DNA of 63,312 bases, filler included, from Calcarisporiella thermophila CBS 279.70 (GCF_041956535.1; 4 parts of 4 records of this genome joined end to end with filler, not necessarily neighbours in it); one strand, 5' to 3'; shown: positions 12,989 to 24,759, numbered from the whole stretch's first letter. The notes: generated from the sequence alone by a model not told the origin. Numbers and translations are program-made.

Positions 12989-13357
12989 ATGAGAGCCATT
13001 TTATTCGTAAGCCTAATTTTATTCACATGCGTTTGCTATACTCGTGGAGAATCTCTATCGGATTTAGACATCTCAATACGAGATCATGACAATCACCCAC
13101 TCGCGAATAAAAAACTGACTTGTCACCCCACTGGAGGTGATCATCCACACGCCGAAGAAGCTTGCAAAGAGCTCGAGACTGTAGACGGAAACATTGGAAA
13201 ATTAGAAAAGGCGAATATATGCACAAAAGAGTACAAGCCTATTAGAGCACTTGCGAAAGGGATGTGGAATAGTAGATCATTCAATTACAATCAAGAATAT
13301 CCTAATCTTTGTGAACTTGAAAGTGCCACCGGAATTATTTTTCAGATTACTACATGA
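12989..13357 (+). CDS. Secreted subtilisin inhibitor-like protein (SSI / MEROPS I16 family)
   Basis: Signal peptide MRAILFVSLILFTCVCYTRG; SSI signature LTCHPTGGDHPHAEEAC..L..VDG...CTKEYKP..A.AKGMW....YPNLCEL..ATG.IF; intronless. Confidence 0.9.
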   Translation: MRAILFVSLILFTCVCYTRGESLSDLDISIRDHDNHPLANKKLTCHPTGGDHPHAEEACKELETVDGNIGKLEKANICTKEYKPIRALAKGMWNSRSFNYNQEYPNLCELESATGIIFQITT

Positions 13358-15561
13358 ATGCTAAAAGCTGTTCCTTTATCTTTTAACTAGAACTTGGTAA
13401 TTTGCTTTCATGTAATTGCTTCATTGACCGTTCAGTAATAGAGTCTACCTTACATCCTGCTTAAGTTTCAATTATATTTGAAATGAAAGTGAGAGGTCAC
13501 TTCTACGTTCTATCTCAGAACGTAGTCATGGTGAGGATACCATTAAAATGTGAATATCGCTCAGCTTGACTTTAATTGGAGCATATATTCCTTTGGGATC
13601 TAGCCAAGCCATATTTTAAGGCTAGACATTAATACATATAAAATAGCGCGTGGAGACATCTGAAAAATTAAGTAGTGGAGATATCATTGCTACTGTACCT
13701 CAAGGATGCACCTGGTGTAAAGAAGAGCCTTCCAACGCTGTGTATAATACATTGGAGAGCACATAGGCAATAATATTTAACATTTAGCGACGTACTCAAT
13801 CCATACTTCCAAGGTTTCTCCCAGAAGATGATTTCCCCCGGCTCCCATCCTATCATCGTGTTGCGCAAGGATTAAGTTGTGTTAAAGGGATTACTCACCA
13901 GAGCTGCAAACGGACTGCAAGCCAACACATGGCTAAGGTTTTCTCGATTTTGCGCAAGAGATGCGAAACCAACGCGCATCTTGGACCATTTCCGGACCTT
14001 TTCTCTCATCTCGACCTCAGCTGGATCACCGATCGCCCTCGAAACTTACCTCTTGGCGTAGTTCCAACTCGTGGCTATTAATCGAGCTTTACTCATCCCA
14101 ATAAGCTTTATCTTGTCATCAGTGCGGAGATTTTTCGCAAGCAACCAATGGGGCGATTCCTGCACTGCTCTGGAGGGCGCTTCAGTAAAGGATATGCTTC
14201 AAGTGGTGGACTCAGCGCGGGATATGTGGGCCGTTTTTGCTCTGCCCCAGGAGTTGCTGGAATGCTAGGGGAATTAACCAAAATGCTCGGCTGGGACTCT
14301 GTGTGGTGGGAATAGGAGCAAAGCCTCATGGTGTCCTTGAGTGCAGTTCCTTTCGAAGAAGAGAGCAAGCTTCAAAATCAAAACAGGCACTCACTTTAAC
14401 ACACGTTTCGAAGACTCTTTTATGAGCTCTTTGCGGTTTAACTGATGCTCACCAATTTGCTATTTATCAAATCCGCTCTATCCCGCAGGATTCAAACATT
14501 CCAAATCTGTTAAATATACTGTGCGTAGCTTTTCTTGATTTCATTTCGATACACCTGCATGGGCGTTTGAGTTGAAAACCCCTTTGAAACATGCAACAGG
14601 GTTTTGTGGTATTTAATGCCTTCAGTATTTTGTAATGAATTATATGATTGTATTTTATTTGTATGCCTTGTATTATTATGAGGTAATTCCTACATGTACG
14701 TAATTCCATTCATGCTTTATCTTCGATATAGCCCACTAATTTTATTTTTTGATTACTTACCTATTTTCTACTGTATATTAATTTAGCCTACCTTATCAAA
14801 TATAAATACATACGAATCAAACTTTTATGCAAATTGGCGTGATAGTTGTATAGCGTGAAAAGGGAGCTAATTGCAACAGAAAACAGATCTCGAGCAAAAT
14901 TTATCAAAGAGTAGCTATCTTTTGCACAATTTCGCAAGTCGTACTAACAGTTGCCGCGTAGTTATGGATCTCTCGCTGCTCTAAGGGGTTCATTTTCTCA
15001 ATACAATCAAAAGTTTGCCTGATTTTGCCCTTGTAAAACTCGATAGCATAAAACTCGCCAGTGTCGTCACGGATTTTAATGAGAGCATGTCTAGGCGTGT
15101 GTGACAGTCATCACACCAAAAAAATGTCATTCGCGGAATAGGCTCAGAATGATATTGAATCTGATTGGCATCAACAACTAAGAAAAGATGACGCAAACTC
15201 CGCTGACACTATCCGAAATTAAACTGCACCGAAGGGGAGTCGTTTAAAATTCTGTTGGCATTTCAATATGGAGCTATATTCATGCTCGTCAAAAGATGGT
15301 ATGTCAATCATAATCGTCTGCGCATCGGCATTTCAGAATTCTTCATATGGACCAAAAGATGAGGAAATGGCATAAAGCCAAAAGCCCGACCGCTAGAAGC
15401 AGATACAGGACATTCATACTGTATTAGTTATAACCGAGGTGATTACAAGCCATGCATTACACGGAGACGTACCAGGCTGTTTTTGGTGAAAAGTTTTAAC
15501 ACTTTGTTGTTTATATTTTGGGGAGAACACGGTGCATTCCATTCATCGACGGCAAGGAGAA

Positions 15562-15833
15562 TGTAACAGTTTTTGAGGACTGTTAGATATCCTTATTCTT
15601 AAAGAATAGAATTCAATTCAAGATAGAATGGAATTCAGGAAAGAGGTGAGGAACAATAAACAAAAGGGAGTGAATTTAAATAGAATCTCGGGAGTATCTA
15701 AGTGGAACATTAATACACCAACAATAAATTTGTGGTCAATAAGTATATAAAAGGAAAGGCAATTAAATAGGTAAATAATGTAAATAAGGAAGTATTATAA
15801 TTAATATTATAGTGTAAATTCGGTCGTGTTACA
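15562..15833 (+). mobile_element. Solo LTR (TGTAACA...TGTTACA family)
   Basis: Terminal inverted 7-mers; first ~80 bp nearly identical to 24760-24840; shares the GGTCGTGTTACA end; no TSD seen. Confidence 0.7.
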
Positions 15834-15907
15834 TATACGTACTGATCACATGCTCATGAAAACAAGTTTTTTAAGGTTTTTTCCCAGAGATTCATCTTTA
15901 TTTAATA

Positions 15908-16432
15908 CTCGCCCTAACAACCATCTGGAGACCAAGATCAGACCTGGCAAGAATACCACCGAATAAGGTACAGTTCATTAAAGAGGACAACGACAGACTA
16001 ACGGGAATGCAGTTGACAGCCGTCAAGCCCAAAGAAGGAATGGAAAAAACAATCCGACTATGGGCGATGATGGAAGAACCAGACCTGTGCCCAGTCAGAG
16101 CAACACACCTCTATACAGAACGAGCCAGAAAAGCTTCTCCAGGATACGATAAGTTCCCAACTTTCTAAGCAAGGAAACCGCCAACACCAGCAACGGGAGA
16201 CACAATAGCTAGGTGGATAACAGATTTGCTAGCGGAAGCAGATATCCTGGCAACTGCACACTCAACCAGAAGCACCTCATCCTCCCATGCACTGCTCCAA
16301 GGCACACCACTGGATACAATCCTTAAGGCAGCAAACTGGACATCAGCAACAACCTTTGAACGCTTCTATCATCGGGCGGAAATGGACAACATCCCAGCGG
16401 GTATACCTTTGCGACGAAACACCATCCAGTGA
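15908..16432 (+). pseudogene. DIRS-type tyrosine recombinase, C-terminal part, one in-frame stop
   Basis: LALTTIWRPRSDL...PKE...LCPVRA...*...TIARW...AHSTRSTSSS.A...G.....ILKAANWTSATTFERFY: R, K, H-x-x-R, W and Y catalytic pattern of YRs. Confidence 0.85.
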
Positions 16433-16806
16433 ATGAAGCTTGGGCACGAAGCCTAAAGGGCATTGGCCGAACTTGTGAAGGCTAATTCCCTTTGGGCGAG
16501 AGCCCAAGGGAAATGAAACTGGATGCCCACCCTCCACACCCATGCGACGAGAGGCACGAATTCTGGAGACTTCTCAAAGCTAGGGGATGGAATTAGAAGG
16601 AGATGACCAACTTATATGTTTACATTTTTTTTTAGACTATTTCTTTTTTGTTTAAGTGTGTTGAAATCAGCTAAAAATTTATTTTATCGATATTTTTATC
16701 TATATTTTATCTATATTTTATTTCTCTACAAATAAAGTACGATTTGGGCTCCGAAGAGCCGATACCATCCAGTGAATGAAGCTTGGGCTCTCGCCCAAAG
16801 GGAATT
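16421..16806 (+). mobile_element. 3' end of DIRS-like element: internal complementary region (16421-16525) and right ITR (16731-16806)
   Basis: 16421-16447 repeats 16764-16790 directly; 16484-16508 is the reverse complement of 16782-16806; lies immediately downstream of the YR, as in DIRS1-like elements. Confidence 0.8.
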
Positions 16807-16947
16807 GTATAAAACGGATTGTAAGAGTTTCGAGTTCGAATTAACTTTGTTTACCTTAGTTTACTTTGGTTTTACTTTGGTTTTACCTTGTTTTACTTTG
16901 TCTCTTCTTATTAATTCACTATTATAAAAGACCTTGTTCTCGTCCTA

Positions 16948-18773
16948 TTACAGGTTCAGTTGTGGGACTCTTGGGTCTACAGCCACCGGTCGAACAGGCT
17001 GAAACATCGCCTCGGTGTAATTAAGTGACTTGAGCATAGCTACTCTGAGCGGTCCCCAGTCCTTGTCATACTCCAGCCAGGCCTTTTGAATTTTTCTTGC
17101 CGAGGCTTTAAAATCGGCTTGGAGCCTGGACCAGTCTAATCCTTGAAGCTGAAAATTTCGCTTGACCCATTTACCATCGACTAAGACATGCTCAATATCG
17201 CCGACATTGGACTGTAGGACAACCGCCGCAACAGGGTCGTAAAAGGCAGAGATAGCAGTATTGTTCGTATTGAAAACAACAATATCAGCCTTAGCGCCGA
17301 CTTTAATCACTCCAATATCAGGACGACGCATAGTAAGACCACCGTTGCGAGTGCCAAGCAAAAAGACTTGATTCGCGGTCATGGCGCTATTGTTGGCGAA
17401 CTTCATGTTAAAATGAACGGGGTTGGCGACAATATTGCGAGTCGATTGGAGTTGCAATCGCATCTGAGTCAAAATATCTGACGAGAAAGTGAACGACGTG
17501 TCAATGCCCAGAGACGCCTGTTCCAGGTTATGGTGGGTGTAAAGCTGACCGTGTTCATAGTGATGCTCGGATTCTGGTGTGACTGAAATAAAATGGCCGT
17601 ATTTGCGGAGGAGATTCAAGTCCGCGCCATCGAGAAGGGTGCCATGAGCAAAGATAATGGGATATGAGCTATTTAGGTATCCCCACTCGTAAATCTGGTA
17701 AACGGCCTTCGAGCCGTATCCAGAAACTGTTGATGTTTAAAAGGTCAAGGGATGATGTTACCATTGTTAGTAACAGCAAGATAAGTTTCACGATTTATCC
17801 GTGAGTCATTCTCACCTTGCAGTGGGTATCCAACATCATGCATGGTCACGAACGTCAAATTCCAATCGCTGTTGAAAGGGTGGAAAGAGTAGAAAGAATA
17901 GGTCAAGCAAATATTCGTTTTATATTCCTGAGCAACTTACTGGGCGCGTTGGAATCCCAATTTGCCTTCCATTCCGTTTCTTCCGGCATCCCACGAAAGT
18001 CCAAGTTGAACTCTACCATTCTCCCACGGTGTCACCTTCGACCATTGTTCTAATTGCCTCCATCTCCAACCATTCGTGTCATTCATGCCCGCGTCGGAGA
18101 GGTCGTAGCTTTTAGATATCCTCGATGCAATGGGTGTTATGGCGTATCCGTGAAATACGCGAGCACGACTTGCAATACCCGCCTTTAACATCGCTATTGT
18201 GTGTTCTGGAGTAAAAGCGCCGTGCGCAAAGTCGAGGACGGAGGTTACGCCACCATTCAATGCGTCAAGTATTGCCATGAGGGTCGAAATATAACTATCC
18301 TCAGGTTCAAAGTGCGTTGTAATCTCAGCGTAAGGCGAGAACTTGTAGAGGTAATCGTTCAACGTGACATCGGGTCCCAAAGTTTGATACAAATGCTCCC
18401 AGCAATGCTTATGTGTGTCGATAAATCCAGGGGTGACAATATGGTCGGTGACATTCACGACCTCGATATCTGATCCTTCAGGTGCGTCTCCAACATCTTG
18501 CCCAACGGCTACAATGCGATCATTTTGGATCAAAACGTCCCCACCACGAATGATATCCAGGTCGTTTTTCTCGTCGCTCCATGCGATGATCGTGCCTCCT
18601 TTGAGAAGGATCCATTTATCTCCGGTCGTTACATTGTTATTTGAAGGCGGCACGTTGGGTAGAGTTTGGTCTTCTTGAGCCGAGGCCTGGGGGATAATCG
18701 CGGCGGTGAAACACAGAGCGAGAAACATCCACACCGACCACGTTGTGGGCTTGAGATTGGATAAAGTTACCAT
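16948..18773 (-). CDS. Metal-dependent amidohydrolase (AtzA/TrzA/MTA-SAH deaminase-like) with N-terminal signal peptide; 2 introns
   Basis: PGFIDTHKH (HxH), LNGGVTSVLD, FAHG, LGIDT, GVIKVGAKADIVV, VLVDGK; introns at ~17940-17869 and ~17816-17727. Confidence 0.9.
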
Positions 18774-19912
18774 CTGCGCCTTAGTTGAAATGTTGTGGTT
18801 TATGGACTTGTAGCTGTGTTTAAGGAGAATTCTGACACGGTGAGAGGATCAAGACCAAGAGTTCTGGAGATCAAGAGTAATCTCTTTATACATGCAGTGC
18901 AGACACACGATTACAAATTGCGATTATTAATGAAACATTCTTCAAGCGCGTCAATTACTAAAACGAGAACTGTTTCACCTGGGTATTCATTTCGAAAGGT
19001 CACCTCTCGGGCGCCAAGAAAAAAAAAGGAGAGAGGGGGTCTCTTCTCCGTAGTTGGGGGGATGGTTCACGGTTCTTATTATTGATATCTAAATGTAAAG
19101 AAGAGTGATATTCTACAAGTTAAGTAATACGGTAAATCGTAATGGGCAAAATAAAGGTAAACATTCAAAAGTAGAAATCGATGTTTATAAAAGGAAATTG
19201 ACAGATCAGAGTGAAATTGATGACGTCACATTCGTGTAATTCTTACTTAAGCCTAGCGTATGCGACGGCTTAAGGGAAATGGACAAGGCAAAGTCAGCAG
19301 TCCACGCTTCACTTCCCTCCCCTCAAAATTTTCATTTTTTTTTATTATTATTTTATAATTTTTTTGTTGTTTGTTTGAGTTATTTCCCTCCCCTCTTCTT
19401 GGAACGGCCGAGGAAATATCTCCTTGGTAGGCTCATATTTATTGCAAAATCGCGTTCAGATTATCGTACGATTTTTTTTGTTACTTTTTCTTTATTCTTT
19501 GTACCAGCTCGTTTTATCCAATTAATCGGCCTCATCATCGTGAAGCGTGGACTGCTGACAAAGTCCGCAGTCTATTACTTGATAGATGTGTCGAGTGGAT
19601 TCAAAAGGGACGGACGGCATATATCGCCGACAAGAAGCACTTTACTAGTCTTTCTTCTGGTGCATAAATCTATAAAACAAGTTTTATACCGTATAGCTCA
19701 ATATTAAATATTAATTATTACGATCTTTCTTTTTCTCTTTAACATTTTATTTTATTAAGATATATTTTTAAAGATAAATTTTTGTTCTAAGTGATTTTTT
19801 ATTTTTTTCCGGCCGGTGGTCACGGTCGAGCAAAATTTGACGAATTACTTTCAGGCCAAATTCCAAATTTCTAAGCCAAAAGGGTAAAGTCACGTGACTT
19901 TTCTATACGGTG

Positions 19913-20012
19913 NNNNNNNNNNNNNNNNNNNNNNNNNNNNNNNNNNNNNNNNNNNNTTAATTAATTAANNNNNNNNNNNNNNNNNNNNNNNNNNNNNNNN
20001 NNNNNNNNNNNN
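19913..20012. other. Artificial contig linker (N-run with TTAATTAATTAA six-frame stop)
   Basis: Identical 100-nt spacer occurs three times in the window. Confidence 0.97.
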
Positions 20013-20600
20013 GGTGAGATGGAAGTATATTTTAGAATCTTCAGCAGAGGTAGAAGAAGATATTATTGGAATGCCCCAGGTTATCTTAGGCGCGATTGTC
20101 ATTTCAAAAATGCAGCCAAGTACAGCAATGGGTCGGTTACCGTGAGGACAGGCATCATTTCCAAAGGAGTTGGCTTTATGTGCCAAATTGATAAGGGACT
20201 AGACCTACAACTATAGAAGAATATTTTAGGAGAATAATTAATGAGAATACTCGATAGGTATAACCTAGACAAGGATCAAATAATTTTCCAGCGTGATAAT
20301 GATTCTAAGCATATCGCGCATAATACAGTGAAATGGCTAGCAAGCCACGATATTATCGTATTATAATAGTCAGCTCAGTCTCCTGATATAATTCCTATTG
20401 AGTTCATGTGGGATAAGTTACACAGAAAAATCCAAGATCGCGAGCAGCAGCCGACTAATGCCCAGTCAGTTTGGAATATACTGCAGGAAGAGTGGAAGAA
20501 GCTAGAACCAGAAGAGTGAACCATAATTATAGGGACTTTGCCACAGCGTATAAAGGCAGTGATAAAAGCTAAGAGAGATCATAAAATATATTGAAATATT
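20013..20600 (+). pseudogene. Tc1/mariner transposase C-terminal relic
   Basis: Degenerate FQRDNDSKH, AQSPDIIPIEFMW, LPQRIKAVIKAK with multiple stops. Confidence 0.8.
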
Positions 20601-21190
20601 TTTTATAAATAAAAAACAATACGTATTATATGGGGGGTTTCGAAGTTTGAAAATTTGACTTTAATGGATAACTTTCAAGAAAAAGATTATTTGCAAGGGC
20701 ATATAGATGGGATGATCGAGCAAGCAATGTTTATAGTTGCTGTACGTAACGCAACTTGTTGTACCCTCTTTTGGAGATATAAGATGAAAAATCAGATTAT
20801 AAAAAAAACATGGGCTCAATTTTTAAGTCCAGTGCATACTACTTTTTCTGATTTTTCAATTTTTTATACATATTGTAACAGGTACAGTAACTAATATAAA
20901 GTACCTCCGGAAAATTTTGGGGCAACTTTATATTTTTAATAAATTGATCATATTTCCTGAAAGTGTATTATTACAAATAAATATTATTTATATTTTAAAA
21001 ACTAATTTTGCCTGCTTTCATCATGTTCACAATATTGGTTAGGTGAAAAATGAAGTGGCACAATTTTGACCAGTATAAATCGGGGTTGATTTATACCCTT
21101 GTAACTCGATATCTAAAGGTGTCTATGACTCGAAAGTTGCTCCATATTTTCTGCTAATCATACTCTTATTTATTTTATAAAACAAGCCCT

Positions 21191-22212
21191 ATGTTTCGAA
21201 TCACTCCAAGTAAACGTGATCGCGTATCCGTCCTCCTACAAGAGGGATACTCAACACGCGAAATTGCCGCCCGAGAAAGCATTGGAAAAAGTAGCGTGGC
21301 AAGAATACTCCAGAATAAAGAGAATGCATCAAACAATTCTCCAAGAAAGAAAATGGGTCGCCCACGCGAATTATCCAGCCGTGGTGAAAATAGATTATGT
21401 AAAAGCGTGGCGACAGGAGAGTGTAAGAACGCAGTCAAGGCACAAGAACTTTTGAACGAGACGACTGAGGATGTTATTTCCGTGAACACTGTTCGTGAAG
21501 CACTCCATCGAAATGATTTTGTAGCTATGGTCAAGAGAAAAAAACCCTTTCTATCGAAAAGGCATCGCCTTAGGAGACTGGCATTTGCAAAGAAATACTG
21601 CAGTTGGACCGTAGAAGATTGGAGCCGTGTCATATTTTCTGATGAGTGCCAAATACGTATCTTTGGCAATGAAAGGCGAGAGTGGTTCTGGAAGAAACGT
21701 AATGAGCCACTGTAAGAGCGTCACATACAGCCAACGATCAAACACGGTGGTGGAAGTATTATGATGTGGGGATGCATGACTTCATACGGCATTGGAAGGG
21801 CATGTCGTATAATAGAAAATTTTAATGCTGAAATATATTCAAGAATCCTAGACCAAGAGATGATAGTCACGCTTCAATTGTATAATCTCAGTAAACAAGA
21901 AATAGTATTTCAACACGGCAACGACCCCAAGCATAAAACCAAACTCATTGATCGATGGTTTGAGAATAATCAAATCCAAGTTCTCGATTGGCCTTCACAA
22001 TCACCAGATCTCAACCCCATAGAAAATTTTGGGCTGAGATAAAGGGACTTTTGAGGAGCAGATTCCCAAAGATAATGAGTCAGGATGATCTGTGGAAAAA
22101 GGTGAATATTATCTGGGAGTCATTCACTCAGGAGGATTGTATGACATTGATCCGCACGATGCCAGAACGGATCCAAGCCGTTATTAAGGCAAAGGGAGGA
22201 TATACTAAGTGG
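21191..22212 (+). mobile_element. Tc1-family (DD34E-type) transposase, inactivated
   Basis: HTH N-terminus, GRP, KKPFLS, WSRVIFSDE, KHGGGSIMMWGC, QHGNDPKH (catalytic D changed to G), WPSQSPDLNPIEN, AVIKAKGGYTKW; stop at 21713 and frameshift near 22030. Confidence 0.92.
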
Positions 22213-22699
22213 TTGCCAGAGAGCACTTTTTTTATACAAATTATTGAGCATTCATTAACCCATGTAAAGAAAGAGAATAAAATATTGGCACCATGTAAAA
22301 TCTCTATCTGGATTTAAGAAATTTTCCAAAATATATTAATATTTCACTTAGAGAATTAGTAATGTGTACCAAAGGAATTAAATAATCGAAGAAAATCATC
22401 AGATGATATAATAATCAGGCGATAAATTACTACGATCAGGAGATAAATAGTCTAAGCAAAAATAATAATAAAAATAATAAAAATATTTAGGTTAGGTTAT
22501 TGGTTATATTAAGATAAAAAAGTTAAGATTAAATATTCCTATTGAACGAAGCAGTTGAGGAAGGTTAGATTATAACTTGAATGGTTCGTCCCGCTACGTT
22601 GCAATTTTACTAAATATTCCTTATATTTTCCGCGGAGTTTACTCAAGGTGGCTTCTTATAGGGAGAGTTGTGTTCTTGAGAGCTGGAAAGGAGCGTAGA

Positions 22700-23050
22700 C
22701 ACAGCTGTATTGCCTTTAGCTCTTTCCAATTGATGTCTTAGTCTTAGTGATGGCTCTCTGTTTCTAATCCTGGTTCTCCTATGGTAAAAGATCCGTATTT
22801 CGCTTGCCACCCACCATCTGACGCGTCTGTCGTAGCGATCCCTGATGGCGCCGGAGGAAGAAATGATTTTTCGTTCCACTTTTTGAGTTCTTCTGCCCAC
22901 CACTCTAGCACCTCTAATGCTTCCCTTGGGAGGCTGAACGTGGCGTTCCAGTCTGGGTTGATGCTCAGAATCTTGATGTGTGCCATCATCAGTGATCTCG
23001 AAAACAGCTTTCCTGGCATTAATGCTGGAAAGGTTGCATAAGATTGTGAT
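22700..23050 (-). pseudogene. DIRS-type RT/RNase H fragment
   Basis: ALEVLEWWAEELKKWN...ATTDASDGGW matches the DIRS RT-RNase H junction (L.WW...L..WN; TDAS..GW). Confidence 0.7.
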
Positions 23051-23298
23051 ACAAATTTATTAATGGTAAACTTGCATATTAATATCTTATCATTCAATTG
23101 TTTGATTATTTCAATAATCTCTATCATTTATTTTCTGGTCCTTACTTCTCTTCCATTGTTTTTTTATTATATTTTATTATATTATTATTATTATAGGAGT
23201 TCAAAGTAGAAATACTTTGTAACACTGTATATAAATAGGATCGCACATTTTGGCTTATAATGGAATACATTAGAATAATAAAATATTAATATTAGATA

Positions 23299-23511
23299 TT
23301 AACCGCATCTCTCACTAACCCATTCGCACCCGTGACAATAACAAGTCTGCCAAAGGAAGCCACCACAATGGTTTCCAGTCGGTGCAACACAACACTGCCC
23401 ACAGCACCTTTGACAACTTGTGCTGTCACATCCACCTGAAAAACATTCATGCGCCTGAACGCTATAAAAGAAAGCTATCAACATGATAGATAAATATACT
23501 ATCGATCTCAT
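23299..23511 (-). CDS. Secreted 12-Cys CS-alpha-beta defensin-like peptide (copsin-like)
   Basis: Signal MRSIVYLSIMLIAFFYSVQA; mature HECFSGGCDSTSCQRCCGQCCVAPTGNHCGGFLWQTCYCHGCEWVSERCG with CxxxC and CxC motifs. Confidence 0.8.
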   Translation of the reverse strand: MRSIVYLSIMLIAFFYSVQAHECFSGGCDSTSCQRCCGQCCVAPTGNHCGGFLWQTCYCHGCEWVSERCG

Positions 23512-23803
23512 AATTTTATGTTAACTTTAGATGATAAAAGATAACGGCAAATAATTTGATGTAAAACAAGAGAAGAAAGCAAGACCCACTGTAGAATAAT
23601 CGTGTGTCCTTTTATACTGCGAAAAATACAGCCCCATCCGAAATTAGAGTCATACCCAAGTCACATTCCCCTTGACGCCAATTATTTCGTCATCTCATAA
23701 AAGAAGATTGGGAAAGTTACTGTGAAAAACTGCAGAAACTACACCCTACATAGAGATATAGTATATGCATGTCATGTTAACCAACCAAAAGTTAGCGCTC
23801 TGA

Positions 23804-24023
23804 TGTAACACGACCAAGCCTCCATCTCTTTTCAAGTTAATACCATTTTATTTTTACATACTGTATATACTGATCACATGACCATGAAAAACCAGTTTTT
23901 AAGGTTTTTTTTCCCAGAGATCCATCTTTATTTAATACTCGATATGTTTTTATTATTTTTCCTCACCATTCTCTTGAATTCATTAAGGAATTCGAATCAA
24001 TATCAGTCCTAGGAGCTGTTACA
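23804..24023 (-). mobile_element. Solo LTR, same terminal family as 15562 and 24760, reverse orientation
   Basis: Begins TGTAACACGACCAAGCC (reverse complement of the family 3' end) and ends CTGTTACA; near-TSD TCTGA/TCTGG. Confidence 0.7.
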
Positions 24024-24069
24024 TCTGGGAAGCTGAAAATATAGAAAGTTGAGTTTTGCATAATTGAAT

Positions 24070-24520
24070 ATCTATATCATACCGCAGCAGCTAAGGTTAT
24101 CAGAGAGGAAGCGAGGCAACGTCCATACTTTAAGAGTCCATCCGCTGGTCGCCGTCGATATCTGAGTGAAAGTGATAAAAGTAAGGTTGTCACACTATTG
24201 GCATCCGGCCGGTGTAAAAATGCAACCGTGATGACAAAATTCTTGAGAGCCGAATTTGATAAGAATGTGTCAACTAGCAACGTAAAGAGAAGCATCCAAA
24301 GAAAGCACTGCTCTCTCGAGTTAGGCCAAAAATGTCGCTTCTTAAGCTTCACACTGTTGAAAGCACCTGGAGTTTGAAAAAGAGCATCTTCATTGGGCTG
24401 AAGAAGATAGGAAGCGAGAAATATATTCCGGTAAAACGAAAATAACGCTCACGAAAGAGGGAGGAAGACAATACTACTACATGCACACTTGGGAGTTAAA
24501 GCGCCGGTGAAGGAGCGCAA
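24070..24520 (+). pseudogene. Degenerate Tc1 transposase N-terminal relic
   Basis: GRRRYLSESDKSKVVTLLASGRCKNA...; similar to 34627-35110 and to the N-terminus of the 21191 transposase. Confidence 0.55.
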
Positions 24521-24759
24521 GCATAGCCACGTTGAAGGGATTGGAGTCGGCTTGCCGGTGGGATGTTCTCACAGGCGTGACTTCGAGCTGCGACGCCAAA
24601 ATGGGAAAACGAAAGAAGAGCTCGATGGACCTTAGCTTGATTAGGGTAGAAGCACCCTTGAGGATGCAAACCAGTTCAAAAAACCAGAACTGCGTCGGGA
24701 ATTTTGATTGGCCTCTCAACACGAGCTTTTATGCAGAAAGAGCGGAGTTCCAAGGGAAC

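Noticed and set aside
13670-14425. GC-richer stretch with short ORFs (ENLSHVLAC-like on minus strand); similar stretches at 24520-25200, 29940-30190 and 59900-60980
   Set aside because: Probably decayed non-LTR retroelement 3' regions, but no motif strong enough to call
16421-16525. Possible hammerhead ribozyme (GAAAC next to stems)
   Set aside because: No CUGANGA core and G at the would-be cleavage site; explained as DIRS ICR
16851-16901. Five degenerate ~10-bp TTTAC(C/T)TTG(G/T) tandem repeats
   Set aside because: Ordinary low-complexity minisatellite
19886-19912. Palindrome AAAGTCACGTGACTTT next to a ...CGGTG contig end as a transposon terminus
   Set aside because: No matching second end or transposase in this piece
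19913-20012. TTAATTAATTAA repeats within N-runs (also 50094-50193 and 60981-61080)
   Set aside because: Artificial concatenation linkers; ORFs crossing them are artefacts and cross-linker synteny is not evidence
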